Below, one piece after another: positions 50,716-62,261 of a stretch of 64,000 nt of DNA. Each line of letters begins with the position of its first letter. Position 1 is the first letter of the stretch. The DNA comes from Moniliella sp. 'wahieum'. Its lineage: Eukaryota. The notes beneath the pieces are model-generated. The model made no database searches and was not told where the DNA came from. It saw only the letters and a program-made list of their open reading frames with translations. A program made the translations under genes and the position numbers. The stretch lies in contig RSEE01000045.1 in assembly GCA_003971905.1 (NCBI GenBank), forward strand, positions 1 to 64,000, read 5' to 3'.

Positions 50716-53700
50716 TCATTCCTGCAACGAGAGGACCTGAGGTGAATTCCGGGCGGCGTAGGAAGCGGAAGGTACCAGACGAGCGATGGCTCTTCGGTAA
50801 CTAAGCTGCCGCGGTGGAGGAAAGCGTTGGTGGCTGTGGCTGGACGAAGAAGTCGAGACGACCGAGTCAGTGTCCTTGGACGACCAAGTTGTTTCCATTT
50901 CGGATCGAGCTGGAGTGGGGCGACTGGAGGCCTCGTCCGTGGGCGGTACCCGCGGTTCAGGAGCAGGTGGGACGCAATGGAGGCGGTTGGTTTGGTAGGA
51001 AGAGAGCAGCGTCCGAACGGGAGCCGGCGCTAAAACGGTCCGTCTCTCGACAAATTTGCTCGTATTGTTTCCGCACGTTTTCAAGCCTGCGGTGTAGGAG
51101 GCGAAGAATATGTTGAGTGGAGTGACCGTCGGGATCGTCGTGGGGCAAGGCGAATTCAGGGAGATGGCCAAAACGGAAGATAAGAAGGTGGACAAAATAG
51201 GAACGAATGGTAGGCGACCACGAAAGAAGTTTAGTGAACAGTTCGTGGGAGAGCAGCATTTCGTCCGCCAGCCCATGCGGTGGTGGCGGGTGGACATGAG
51301 TATGGCAAAATTGGTGTAGCAAAATGCGATTGTCCGCATCAGTGCCACAAGGTGATCGTCTCAAGAAGAATGCGACGAACGACGGATTGGATAAAGTCCA
51401 CATCAACAACGAGCGCAATGGGCAAACGCGCCTTGCCCATTGTCTCCATCAGCGTGTCAAGCCAGTCAAAGAGACAAACACACCTTGCACATCATGAAGC
51501 GAAGTGCGTTTTAAGCAGGGAAATCTGCCAGCGGATGCTAGCAAGAAACAGGAGGAAGTGAGCGGGTTCGGTGACGGCAAGTCTCCAAAGGTAACCGCAT
51601 CTACCACAGCTGAAACACAACGACTCGTTGCCATCTGAAGTTGTTCGGGCTTGCCTGAAGCACTGCCCAACAGGGCAATCGCTGTTGCTTCACCGTTGGG
51701 GGCACTGGAAAACGGAATAACGTGTCAGTATAATTGTGTAGCTGAAAAAGTACCCTACAGGAGCATGGTGACATATGATACTCACAACACTCCACCATCG
51801 GATATTGGTTCGTGACAACATATGTAAGGGAGCGATGCACCAAGCAAGGTTCTTTTGGTGGATCGCAGCGGTGACGTGGGCAATCCCCGGTGCTCCAAAG
51901 AAAAGGCAATGGCACTCAGGGGGCATGTGACTGCGCACCAAACGGTCAATTTGACGATGAACATTGCGCAAAAAGAAAAGACGACCTCCGAGTCGTCCGA
52001 CTGGAATCGACGGAACCAGTTGTCTTCCATCGTAATTCGCTGACCTTGCGTTGAATCAAGTGTCCACGGGCCTGTCGGAGGCATTGAGGAAACCAGACCC
52101 TCTTCCTCGGGGTCTTGAGGACGGTGCAAAGGGTGTACACGGGACATGTAGGAACGAGCGTCATCAAAGCAGACGACATGCAGATGCTTCGGGAAGAACG
52201 AAGGAACTCCTCCCAAGCTGCGTCCGATGGACAAAGTTCATCCCACTTGGCTTCCCTGGCCACACGGTGGAGTAAGGGACGCGGGATGGGAAGCGCAGAA
52301 AGTAGCTTGCACGCCACACTGGGAAGGCGTACCAGAGCGAGCGATAACACTCGTCCACCAAATACAAGGTTGGTGTGGTATACGCCCTTACCATTCATCT
52401 CGCCAATGGCATACTCCAAACAATCGTAAAGTATATCTTCATACCGCTCTCTCGCTCTCCCTGCTGCGTCTCTCGACTTTGGAGTGCATCAATGCTCAGA
52501 TTACGGGCCTCCAGGAGGAGGTTGAGGCTTTCCAACATCGACACACGGTCAGCTGACGTTTGGGCAGTCTTAACAGACACCATCATTTCCGAAATCCAAT
52601 CGAGCAGCAGAGCGTGCCGGGCACGGGGGTCTTTGTAGCGCACAAAGCCTGGTCAACTGAACGCTGCTCGCACGACTGAAAGGCAGTCGGGTTGGTTTCC
52701 CTTCCGAATGAAGTGAGGCGCCGGATGGAAACGAGGCGAAATGGCCATGGCTGAACCTGAAGGGGAAGAAGGTGTGCTGGAGGCAACCTCAGACAGACTT
52801 GCAGTCGTGCTCTTGGGAGTGGAGGGCGCGAGGGGTAAATCAGGGTGAACCAACGGACGATCTTGCTCCATGCGCAAAAAGGGCTGGAGTACGTGGCGCA
52901 AGAGCTTGGCTCGATCAAACGTAGCAAGACCCCCTCTTTGCGCTGAGTAGCATAGTGGAACTTGGGCAGCGCTAGTTCAATTGTTGTCCAGGCCATGGCA
53001 GGTAATGCATTCTCCTTCCCCGGAAGGACACCAGGGGAAAAGGGACCCAGGTAGGTTTTCTGGGCCAAGGGCTCTCATGTTCTGCCGCTGAAAAGTTGAT
53101 TGAGCTGCATTGAAGGGAACCTTTGTTGACGCCGAGTCGGAAGGGGCCGTTGAGGTGATGGCCCGGCTAGAGGCTTGATCGAGGAGGATCGATGAAAGGC
53201 TGGGTCGAGATTGGGACGAGGCGGAGACTCTTGCTCTCACTGTTGCCAGATGAGACAGATTGATCACTGCCCATTTGAAAGCAGCGTTCTTATCTGGCCA
53301 GGTGGCAAGGGGTTCCGTTTGGTGGTTGCGAGTGGTGTGAGTCGTAGATTGCAAGCACGGCACGGCATCTTGTTTTGCCGCCCAAGTTGTTGGAGCCACT
53401 TCTGGAAGCACCAGAGGATCAGCGGCGGTCAATGACGAGAGGTTACTTTCGCTTGCCGAATGGTGCCAAGGGGGTAGAGGTGTACCACCATCACTGGAGG
53501 GATTGGAACGGATATAGGTTTCGCTGGCCGAGGCGGGCAGCTTGGTCGAGAAGGATAACCTGAGAGGCTCGGCTTGAGAGTGAAAGCGATCCCGCCTGAC
53601 AGAGGGCTCAGAGGCCAAAGCCGATGAGGAAAGGAGGCAGGAAGAAGAGATTTGAGATGATGTGGGGGCGGGTTGGGTCACTGTGGTGGAGGTAGGCATA

Positions 53701-54192
53701 GTCAACAGCGAAGTTGTTTCGGTAGCGTCTTCGAGGGGCGACCGCTTTCGGAAGAGGGAACGGCGGCCCTTGCGAACTTGGACAGGGCAGGGGCCGAGGC
53801 AAGTGGGGGTTCATCAGTGTGGGCAATGGACTTTTTGCGCCAGAAGCGAGAGAGGCCAGAAGTGCGGCGGAGGTGCGGTGGAGGGGGGTGAGATGAATCC
53901 GGCGACACGAAGGGTTCAACGCATTGCGAATAGCGCAGCAACGATGGTGACGGTGGTGGTGGTGTGGTCGAAGGGGAAGGCGATGCAGATAAGAGGAAGC
54001 CGGTAAATCATATGATAGCCAGCTGGCACTCTGCTAACACGGAGGTGCCGAATATAAGGAGAGACCCCAGATTTGCTTGGCAAATGTGAAGTAGCGCGTT
54101 TTGTCTTGGACGGGTGGCTGTGTGGGGAGTGCTGTGCGTCGTGGAGGCGGGGGATTGAGTCTGAGATCTGAAACGATCTTTTTCACCATCAT
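50716..54192 (-). CDS. DUF1765/UPF0592 family protein, heavily frameshifted; 3' end may extend to about 49920
   Basis: KGVYHTNLVFGGRVLSLALVRLPSVACKLLSALP, WFRRFQSDDSEVVFSF, LMRTIAFCYTNF and LFTKLLSWSPTIRSYFVHLLIFR resemble the conserved blocks of this family, in order. Confidence 0.65.
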
Positions 54193-57100
54193 CGGGAACG
54201 GTGCTCCGAATGTCGATGGGGTCGATGATCGGTGGCCGGTGGACTGAGCTGGGCGGCTGAGGCGCTCAGCGCTTACGCTCAGTACTGGTGGACTGAGTGT
54301 GCCGTTGAAGTTCAAGGTCGCTCAGCATCCTATGTCGGCGTCCCGCATCCATGGCACCATCACCAGTCAGATCACCATCACCAGTACAGGTCACCATCAC
54401 CTTTGTTCCCTCCCCATCAATATTCAATGCATCAAGAAGATCAATTACAATGACGCGGGTGACGCGTGGCAGGTGACCGATGACGTAGCATGGAAGAGTA
54501 GTGCGTAACGCGTAACGCGTAACGAGCGTAACGCATCCGTGTTTGCTCTGCCCTTCTGCGCCTCAGATCTCAGACTGCTTCAGATCTCAAATCTCAGACA
54601 CAGTGAACTATTTTCCTAATTGAAGTGCCCGTCGCCCACCCCCCAGGTGACTGACTCAAGGCGGTACACTGCTCCTGTGCCGGCGCGTGATATGGACGCG
54701 CACGTCACATGGTGGACCCTGTCCTCCAATCCGGTTGACGCGTGACGATCACCCAACCTGATGGTCCCGGCGCTCGAGGAGGACAGTTGCTAGGGTTAGG
54801 ATCGCTAGGCCGACCCCGTCACCCATGCATCATCGTTCGTTTGAATTGCAGTATCTTGAGAGTGGCTTGAGAGCACCTGCATCATGCATTCGTGCGTGAC
54901 TTGTGACAGGAGGGACCCCGGACGTGCCATAAGCCTGCTCTCTGCGCGTAGAATCACCCTAGCCCCAAAGTGGAACCGGTGATGACGATCATCGACCCTG
55001 CGGCCTGCTGATGGAATCTTCAAATGCCTAAGTCAATCGATACTTCATCCACATTTACAAGTTCTGTAAATATTAGACGCCCCGATGCTGTTTTTGGGAA
55101 CACACAAGGAGATGTGGCCGTGCCTTTTTACTGGTACTCTGGAAGGACCTGCTGTCGACGCGGATCGCGCGATAGATGAAATGCTCCCTCGACCTGGGCT
55201 GGCAGTGGTATCACACTGCCGCATCTGAGATGTTCGCAGGGCCGCTGTAGTGACTAGTGACGGGTGAACTCACCGTGAACGGGTAATCACTTAATCACCA
55301 CTTAGTCACGAGTACCTAGTAACCTCGGGCCCCTCTAGGCCTCGCTTTTTGGCTCGCCCTAGGCGATCGATATCTAGCCCCCCCTTCTCCCCTGCTAAGG
55401 TATTAGGTATTCCCGACCTGCTTGTTTGTGTCTTATCTTCTATTACCATATGGCAGGACCCACCAAAAAGTGTGCAACCCTACTACTGCTCCCGACCTGC
55501 ACGTGACGGGGGCTGGCTGCGCCAATATCGGGCATATGACAGAGTCGCGTCGACGCGTCCCTCCACCCACTTAAAATGCCCCCTACCCGTACTCACCGCC
55601 GGTGCCCCCATTGCGGCACCAACGACCACACTGGCACACGGTGCCCCTTCAATCCACTCCCACGTTTGTGCCCCCACGCCGTCGACCTGGCTACAAGGCT
55701 GCCGCGGAGCGGTGGCAAGGAGGAAAGCAATTGGGGTCTTTGCCACAAAAATAAGGTGGGGGGGGAAGGACAAAAGAGATGGGGGCGACAAAGGGGATTG
55801 GTGGAAGGATGGAGTAAGGATGATCGATGGTCCAGAGGTGGCGGGCTCGATCCATGTAACGTGAATTACGACGACCCTGTCGCAGGCGGGCCCTGCCAGG
55901 GGGCTCACTCAGGTTGGTGGGGTACAGTCCCTTACGTGAAAGACGGCTCACGGTAGTTTCGAGCTTGGGCTATCCGAGCGAGGAGGAGAAGCCTTTGGGC
56001 GTGAAGCCGAGGCGGCTGCACGCGTGGCAAGGCTGCGTATACGCCGGCTGAGGTAGTAACGTGTCTGAAGCCTCCGGGCTGAGAGACGGGTAGATGCAGT
56101 GGAGCGGACAGACACTGCCAGGGCTGAGGCATGATGGCAGTGGTTGTCCAAAGGACACGCGACATGCTGTGGTATGGAGAACCGACGCGGCTGATGGAAG
56201 GCTCGCGCGACTGGGCAGATGGAAAGCTGGAGGACGAGGTTGATGATGAAGATGATGCAGCTAAGTGGAGACGAGAGGTTGCCTGTATTACTGAATCAAT
56301 TGGCTGGAAACGTTCAGGAGTTGGACACAGGAAAGGCGGGAAGGGACGAGAACGGAAGGTGGGATAAAGGATCCCCACCAATCGAAGATGCTGACTGTTG
56401 TTGCCCCCCCTTTTTGGTAACCCCTTCTGTCTAAGCCCCATCGCACTGGGATAGATGTTGACAGAGCGAAAGCAGACGAAGCTGCTATAGAGTGTGACTT
56501 GGGAGCACTCGCGATCCTATGGATGATTGCAAAGCAGCCTTCAGACAGGCGTGAAGGCAAAGGGTGACCACAAGTCTACAAGCATCTGAAGGAAGAAGGC
56601 AGGTAGAGAAGAAGGGAGATGAGCGAGCAGGCGTGCGCGGCTGCGAGCGGAACTCTTTCGATCGGCTAATCGAGAGCGTCACCGATTCACTGAGGGGTGC
56701 AGGGGAGGCCTAGCACTACCACCCCAACAGAAGCAAGCGGAGGCTGCGAAGGGACTAAGAATATCATCCGATAGCACTTCTCGTATATATAATCGTGCAT
56801 ACGACACCGTTTCATGCACTCGTGCATCATACTGCACAGACGTAATTCGCATGCTGTGGGCGAGGCATCATGGTGTGGGATGTTGGGTGTTTGACTCTCG
56901 CTTATATCCTCTCTCTTCAAGCTTCAAGCTTCAAGCAGGCATCAAACAATTGCCAACAATGCTAGATGTATATTATTTGTAGTGTCGTCATGAATTGGGG
57001 TGTTCACTAGTCACTGCCATCTCGCACATACAAGCAGTGTGTGGACACATCAGATCTCAGAGGGCACCTCTCGGCCACACTCTCGACACGATCATAGGCT

Positions 57101-57911
57101 GTATAGAGCAACAACCACATGATCGATGGAGGGTGTGATGCAGGCGTGCAGCCGGTGTGATCAATGACCGGCGTCGTTGACCCCGTTGGCCATATATGGT
57201 GTTTGTTTGTCTTACGCCAAAAAGGTCGATCGCAGTTCTGTGCCATGATCTCGATGACCTTGATGATCAAGCTTCAAGCCTCAATCTTCAAGCCTCAACA
57301 CAAGTTGAATAAGGCGTGAGGCGCGTGAGGGGGAGAAAGAAGAGGGTGACATGTGACAAAGGATGAGGGGGTATTGCCACGGTCTTGTTCCTGTTATTAG
57401 GTAAAATCGGGTAGAAAAGAGTTGAGACGTATAATATATAAGGGAAGGATTGGATTCTCCATCGAAGCCCCAGCCGAAAGGGTCAAAAGCGGCACCAACG
57501 CCTGCCCTCAACCAGCCTAGTACAATGACATGCGCTCTCCGCCCTCCGTTTTGCGGGACCTACTGTATACACTGTCAGTCAAAACGAAAAGTATTGACCA
57601 ATTAAAGCTGTGAGATCGTGCGGTTTTGGGGTAGGTTATCCCACCGCTTCGTCCTTTGTAGAGAAGGGACGGGGCTGACGCCAAACCTCATACCTATACC
57701 CGTTTCAGGTGGAACGTATGGGCGATCTTTCTCCCAATTTGTGGAACAGGGGAAGTGGTGTGCCTGTGAATCTACACCGAGTCCACGCAGTAGGGTGTTC
57801 AGTATTATATAGTAGGTCATGGAGCATCCGTGTGGAAACCGGTAGTATACCAGGCTCCTACTGTACGGTTAAGTTGGGTCCTCTTCGGCGAGGAAGGTGG
57901 GGGGGGGGGGT

Positions 57912-58093
57912 TGTCACAGTCGGGGCTAAGGCGAGAGAGAGACCAGGATCGGACTAGGCAAGGGGTGTAGCAATCGTTCGTGGGGAAGAAGCAAGAACAG
58001 AGGACATGGTGCGAAGTGGAAGGAACAGGGAAGGAGCGAGACGCTCGAGACGAAGAAATTGGAAATGGGAGCGAGATCAGCCAAACTATGACA
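57912..58093 (-). repeat. Putative 182-bp 3' LTR
   Basis: Minus strand: polypurine tract GAAAGGGGGCAA directly before TGTCATAG, ending CTGTGACA (7 of 8 bp terminal inverted repeat, TG...CA). No second copy in the window to confirm the ends. Confidence 0.7.
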
Positions 58094-60893
58094 TTGCCCC
58101 CTTTCAGACCTCATCTCCCGGGCGGCGACGAAGGCGAGAGAGGGCGAGTCGGCGGGCATGGGAGACAGGCTTATCGGGGTAGAGGGCGTGGAAACGAACC
58201 ACTGGCTCGGCGTCATGAGACATGTCCGCAGCGGGTACCCACTCCCTCTCATGGACAGGATAGCCCGGAAGTGAACAAAGTACTCAATGCGGCCTCCACG
58301 ACCCTTGCGGCGAGAGTCGAGGACATGCTCGACCTCGTGATGAACCGCACCATCATCAGCAAACTCGGGGAGAGAGGAGGGGGGGGGCTCGATCAAGCGG
58401 GCAGGGGGGACCACGTCACCAGGGGTGTAGGCTCGCAAGCGGGACACATGGAACACGTCATGGAGGTGTAGGTAGTCGGGGAGGCGGACCTGGTACGCGG
58501 CGCGGCCCACGGCGCGGACAATGGGAAAGGGGCCGAGATAGCGATAGTCCAGGCCGTCAGAAGGCCGCTGGCTGGACACATACCCGTCCCGACGGACCAA
58601 AACAGGCTGGCCAGCAGTGAAGGAAGCCGCCTCGGTGCGCTGCTGATCGGCATAATGTTGTAGCGTTCTGGGCCGCGGCGAGCGTGCGGCGGGCCACCGC
58701 CTGGGCCGAACGCAAATCCTCCAGATATGACGCAGCATCGGGCACGGGCGAAGTGGAGGGCTCCAATTCCCCCCGGGGGGAGTAACCATAGGTGAGGACA
58801 AAGGGGGACTGGGGGTGCTCGAGTGGGAGGACGAGTTGTAGGCGAATTCGGCCGTGGGGAGGAGATCGAACCAGTTGGACTGCTGCTCGTCGAGGTAGCA
58901 GCGGAGGTACTGTTCGAGGATCTGGTTGAGTCGCTCAGTCTGGCCGTCCGTCTGGGGTGGGTACGGTGCTGAGGCTCGACTTGATGCCCAAGTCGGCACA
59001 CAAGGCTTGCCAGAAGTGGCTTGTGAAGGTCGGTCCCCGATCACTCACCAGATCCCGGGGAAGGCCATGGTAGCGAAAGACCTGGTGTAAACTGGCGTGC
59101 GAGCTGGGGCGCAGTGTCCGTCGTGTGGGGGGAATGAAGTGACCCATTTTGGTTAAAACGATCCACCACACCAGAATCGCGTCGTAACCATTGGATCGGG
59201 GAAGCTGGGTAATGTGGTCCATCGTCAAGTGGTCCACGGGCCTTGGGGGGGGAAAGGGCTGAAGGAGTCCAGCGGGTTGGTGGCGAGGCGCTTTGGTCCG
59301 TTGACAGCGGTCGCACGAGCGCACGTAGGCCCACACGTCGGCTGACAGGCGGGGCCACCAATATTGAGCGCGGACAGGGCCAACGTCTTGTCGCGCCCTT
59401 CATGGCCCGCCAATGCCGAGTCGTGGGCTTGGTGGAGAATGGCAGCGCGGATCGGCGGGTCGCTGGGGACGTATACCTGGTTTCCGTGCCACAAAAGGCC
59501 GTCGCGGACCGTCAAAGTATCGGGGTGGGCGTGGAGCCGTAGCAAGGGACCAACGAGGGTCACGAGGCAGGAGTTGGCGGATGCGCTGTCGAATCTCGTC
59601 GGCAACACTCGCCCCACCACCGGTGTATCGGGGTCCGCCGCCATGAGCTCGAGGGCGGCGGCAGAACGTTCGGACATGGGCTCCACCAGTACTTGAGGTG
59701 CCGCGTCAGCGGGCCGGGGCCCTCAGCGAGGTCGGGACGGCGCGACAACCCGTCAGCCGCACCATTCTTCTGCCCGGCACGGTACACCCATAGCAAGGCG
59801 GTAGGGGGACAGGGTCTGGCGCCATCGGCCCTGGCGGCGGTTCAACAGGCGGGGACGGCGGAACGTAGCAATGGCCCCGTGGTCCGTAAGCACTTGGACA
59901 GTCTCAACACTTTCGACGTAATGGCGCCACACCTCCACGGCGGCCACGATGGCCAGCACCTCCTTTTCGGACGTAGTATAGTTCAGCTCGGCCGCGGTGA
60001 ACTTGCGAGAATGGAAGGCGACCGGCCGCCAACGACCGTGAACATCCTGCTGGGCGAGCACCGCACCAAGCGCCGCGTCCGACGCGTCAGTCTCGAGGCG
60101 AAGGGGGCGAGTGGGATCAAAGTGCAGAGGAGGTGGGGCGAGGCAAAGGCGCGCTCGAGCTCGGCAAACGCCTCTTCGCAGGCTGGGGTCCAAGAAAACC
60201 GCTGGTCCTTGCGTTCAGGTCGGACAGAGGGGCTGAGATACGGGCAAAGAACGGACGAAGTGACGTAGTATTGGCGAAGCCGAGGAAACTTGGACTTGGC
60301 GAGGGTTCTGGGTGTTGGCCACGACCGAATCGACTCAACCTTGGACGGGTCCATCCCGATCCCGTCAGGCGAAACGACGTAGCCCAGGTACTCGGTGGGG
60401 CGTGTGTGGAACTGACACTTGTCGGGGTTGAGGTAGAACTTGGCCAGCTGCAGACGCCGGAGGACCTCGGCAACGTGGCGCTCGTGCTCCATCTCATTAG
60501 TCGAAAAGATGAGGATGTCGTCGAGGTATGCCAATACCGAGACGTCGAGGAGGTCACGGAGGAGGTCGTTCATCACAGCTTGGAAGGTGGCAGGGGCGTT
60601 GCAAAGGCCAAACGGCATAACAAGGGATTCAAAGTGTCCGTACCGAGTGCGGAAGCAGTCTTACTCTCGTCGCCTTCTCTCACCCGCAACAAGTTATACG
60701 CCCCACGGAGGTCAAGCTTGGTGAAGGCGGGCCCCCGAGAGGCGGTCCAACGAGTCACTAATCAGAGGCAGAGCCAACCGGTTCTTGATCGTAACCGAGT
60801 TGAGCGCACGATAGTCCACGCACAGGCGCAACGAGCCGTCCTTTTTTTGACAAACACGCCCCGCGCCGAAGGGAGACTTGGATGGACGGATGC
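57912..60893 (-). mobile_element. 5'-truncated Ty3/Gypsy chromovirus: RT-RNaseH-integrase-chromodomain plus 3' LTR
   Basis: [60 protein letters not shown] zinc finger, SDRGPTF, PQTDGQTERLNQ, YLGPFPI, VFHVS and chromodomain EVEHVLDSR; multiple frameshifts. Confidence 0.96.
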
Positions 60894-61326
60894 ACCAGCT
60901 TGAACATTCATTGTGGCATTCGAATGCAATCATGTCTTATGTTCAGCAGACAGCCGCCCCCCAATTAAGTTTAGAGGCGCTGCCCAGGTCGTATACCCAT
61001 CCCAGGTCAATCAGCGTTCCAGCCACCCGTTTGTTCTTTCTTCTGTCGTTGTCGCATCGTCAACCCCCCCATCCCTACCCCAATCCCCCGCACCGCATCT
61101 CGTACTGCGGCGGGAAAGGGAGGCTGCACCGTGGTAGAGGCATCCGTTAACAAATCACCGTCGCAGAAGAACAATCTTGCCAATGAAAGGAAATGAAATG
61201 AGAGGGCGGCCTGTTGCACCGACACGTGGACGCGGGAAGCCAGGGTCTCGGCCCAAGTTGCAATTGGGTCGGCACAGCAGCGCTGTGCCAGCGTGGCTGC
61301 GGCAAGCCCATCCCGTCCGTCGCTAA

Positions 61327-61335
61327 TTAGGGTTA
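61327..61335 (+). promoter_or_regulatory. Telobox-like TTAGGGTTA element upstream of RPS19
   Basis: About 200 bp upstream of the RPS19 ATG. TTAGGG-type sites are established in fungal ribosomal-protein promoters (Tbf1-type factors). Confidence 0.5.
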
Positions 61336-61527
61336 CCCCTCGCCCCCACCGCTGACTTGGCCGGCCACTGAGCTGACCAGCGCGAAGGCCTCAACCAGCG
61401 TCTGCCTCCTTGCCCAGTGTACGTCTTGCCTTCTCCGCCGTGTGGCTGGCCATGGGGATGGGATCCAACCAGGCCCGATACTGACAAAGGCCACTGCTGC
61501 TGCTCCCGGACTGGTGCGACGTTGCAG

Positions 61528-62010
61528 ATGCCCAACGTTCGTGACGTGGCTGCCGACCTGTTCATCCAAGAGTACGCCGAGCACCTGCGTCGGTCGGGCA
61601 AGATTGAGTTGCCGACGTGGGTGGACATTGTGAAGACGGGTGCGTACAAGGAGCTGGCGCCGTACGACGAGACGTGGTTCTACGTCCGTGCGGCCGCGGT
61701 CGCGCGTCACATTTACCTGCGCAAGTCGGTGGGCATTGGCGCGTTGCAAAAGTACCAGGGCGGTGCGCAAAACCGCGGGTACCGGCCTTCCAAGCACGCC
61801 GATGCTTCCGGCTCTGTCCAACGTAAAGTGGTTCAGGCGCTGGAGAGCATTGGGGTGCTCGAGAAGGATCCCAAGGGCGGACGCCGCATTTCGCAAGATG
61901 GTATGCGTGACTTGGACCGGATTGCGGTTGCTTGCTTGGAGAAGCAGGCCGAGGAAGAGTCTGAGGAGGAGTCTGAGGAGGACGAGGACGAGGACGAAGA
62001 CGAGGAGTAG
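61528..62010 (+). CDS. RPS19: 40S ribosomal protein eS19 with acidic C-terminal tail
   Basis: MPNVRDV...GKIELPTWVDIVKTGAYKELAPYDETWFYVRAAAVARHIYLRK...GGRRISQDGMRDLDRIA; uninterrupted ORF. Confidence 0.98.
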   Translation: MPNVRDVAADLFIQEYAEHLRRSGKIELPTWVDIVKTGAYKELAPYDETWFYVRAAAVARHIYLRKSVGIGALQKYQGGAQNRGYRPSKHADASGSVQRKVVQALESIGVLEKDPKGGRRISQDGMRDLDRIAVACLEKQAEEESEEESEEDEDEDEDEE

Positions 62011-62261
62011 GCTTCCGCCCGGTTGATACAGGACCAAAATCAAAATCGCTCGCATGGCTCGTCGTGTGCCCGTAAGATACGTAGGCATACTCGATCCTTG
62101 TCCGCGCTAAGACTTAGAGTGCTTCCGCAAAGAACGGTTACAGGCACCGATTTACTTGTCACATGACACTGAGCATGATAATAAGACCCCTTCACTCTGT
62201 ATTGCGGCTACGCGATGGCACAATAGGTTGGCAGTGGGCATTGCAATAGGATGCTTAGCGC

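Noticed and set aside
55349..55864. F-box-like start (VLGIPDLLVCVL) in a 171-aa ORF
   Set aside because: Single weak motif, non-ATG start, and it overlaps an opposite-strand relic; cannot be supported.
61333..62088. 251-aa ORF antisense to RPS19
   Set aside because: Same codon-bias shadow effect.
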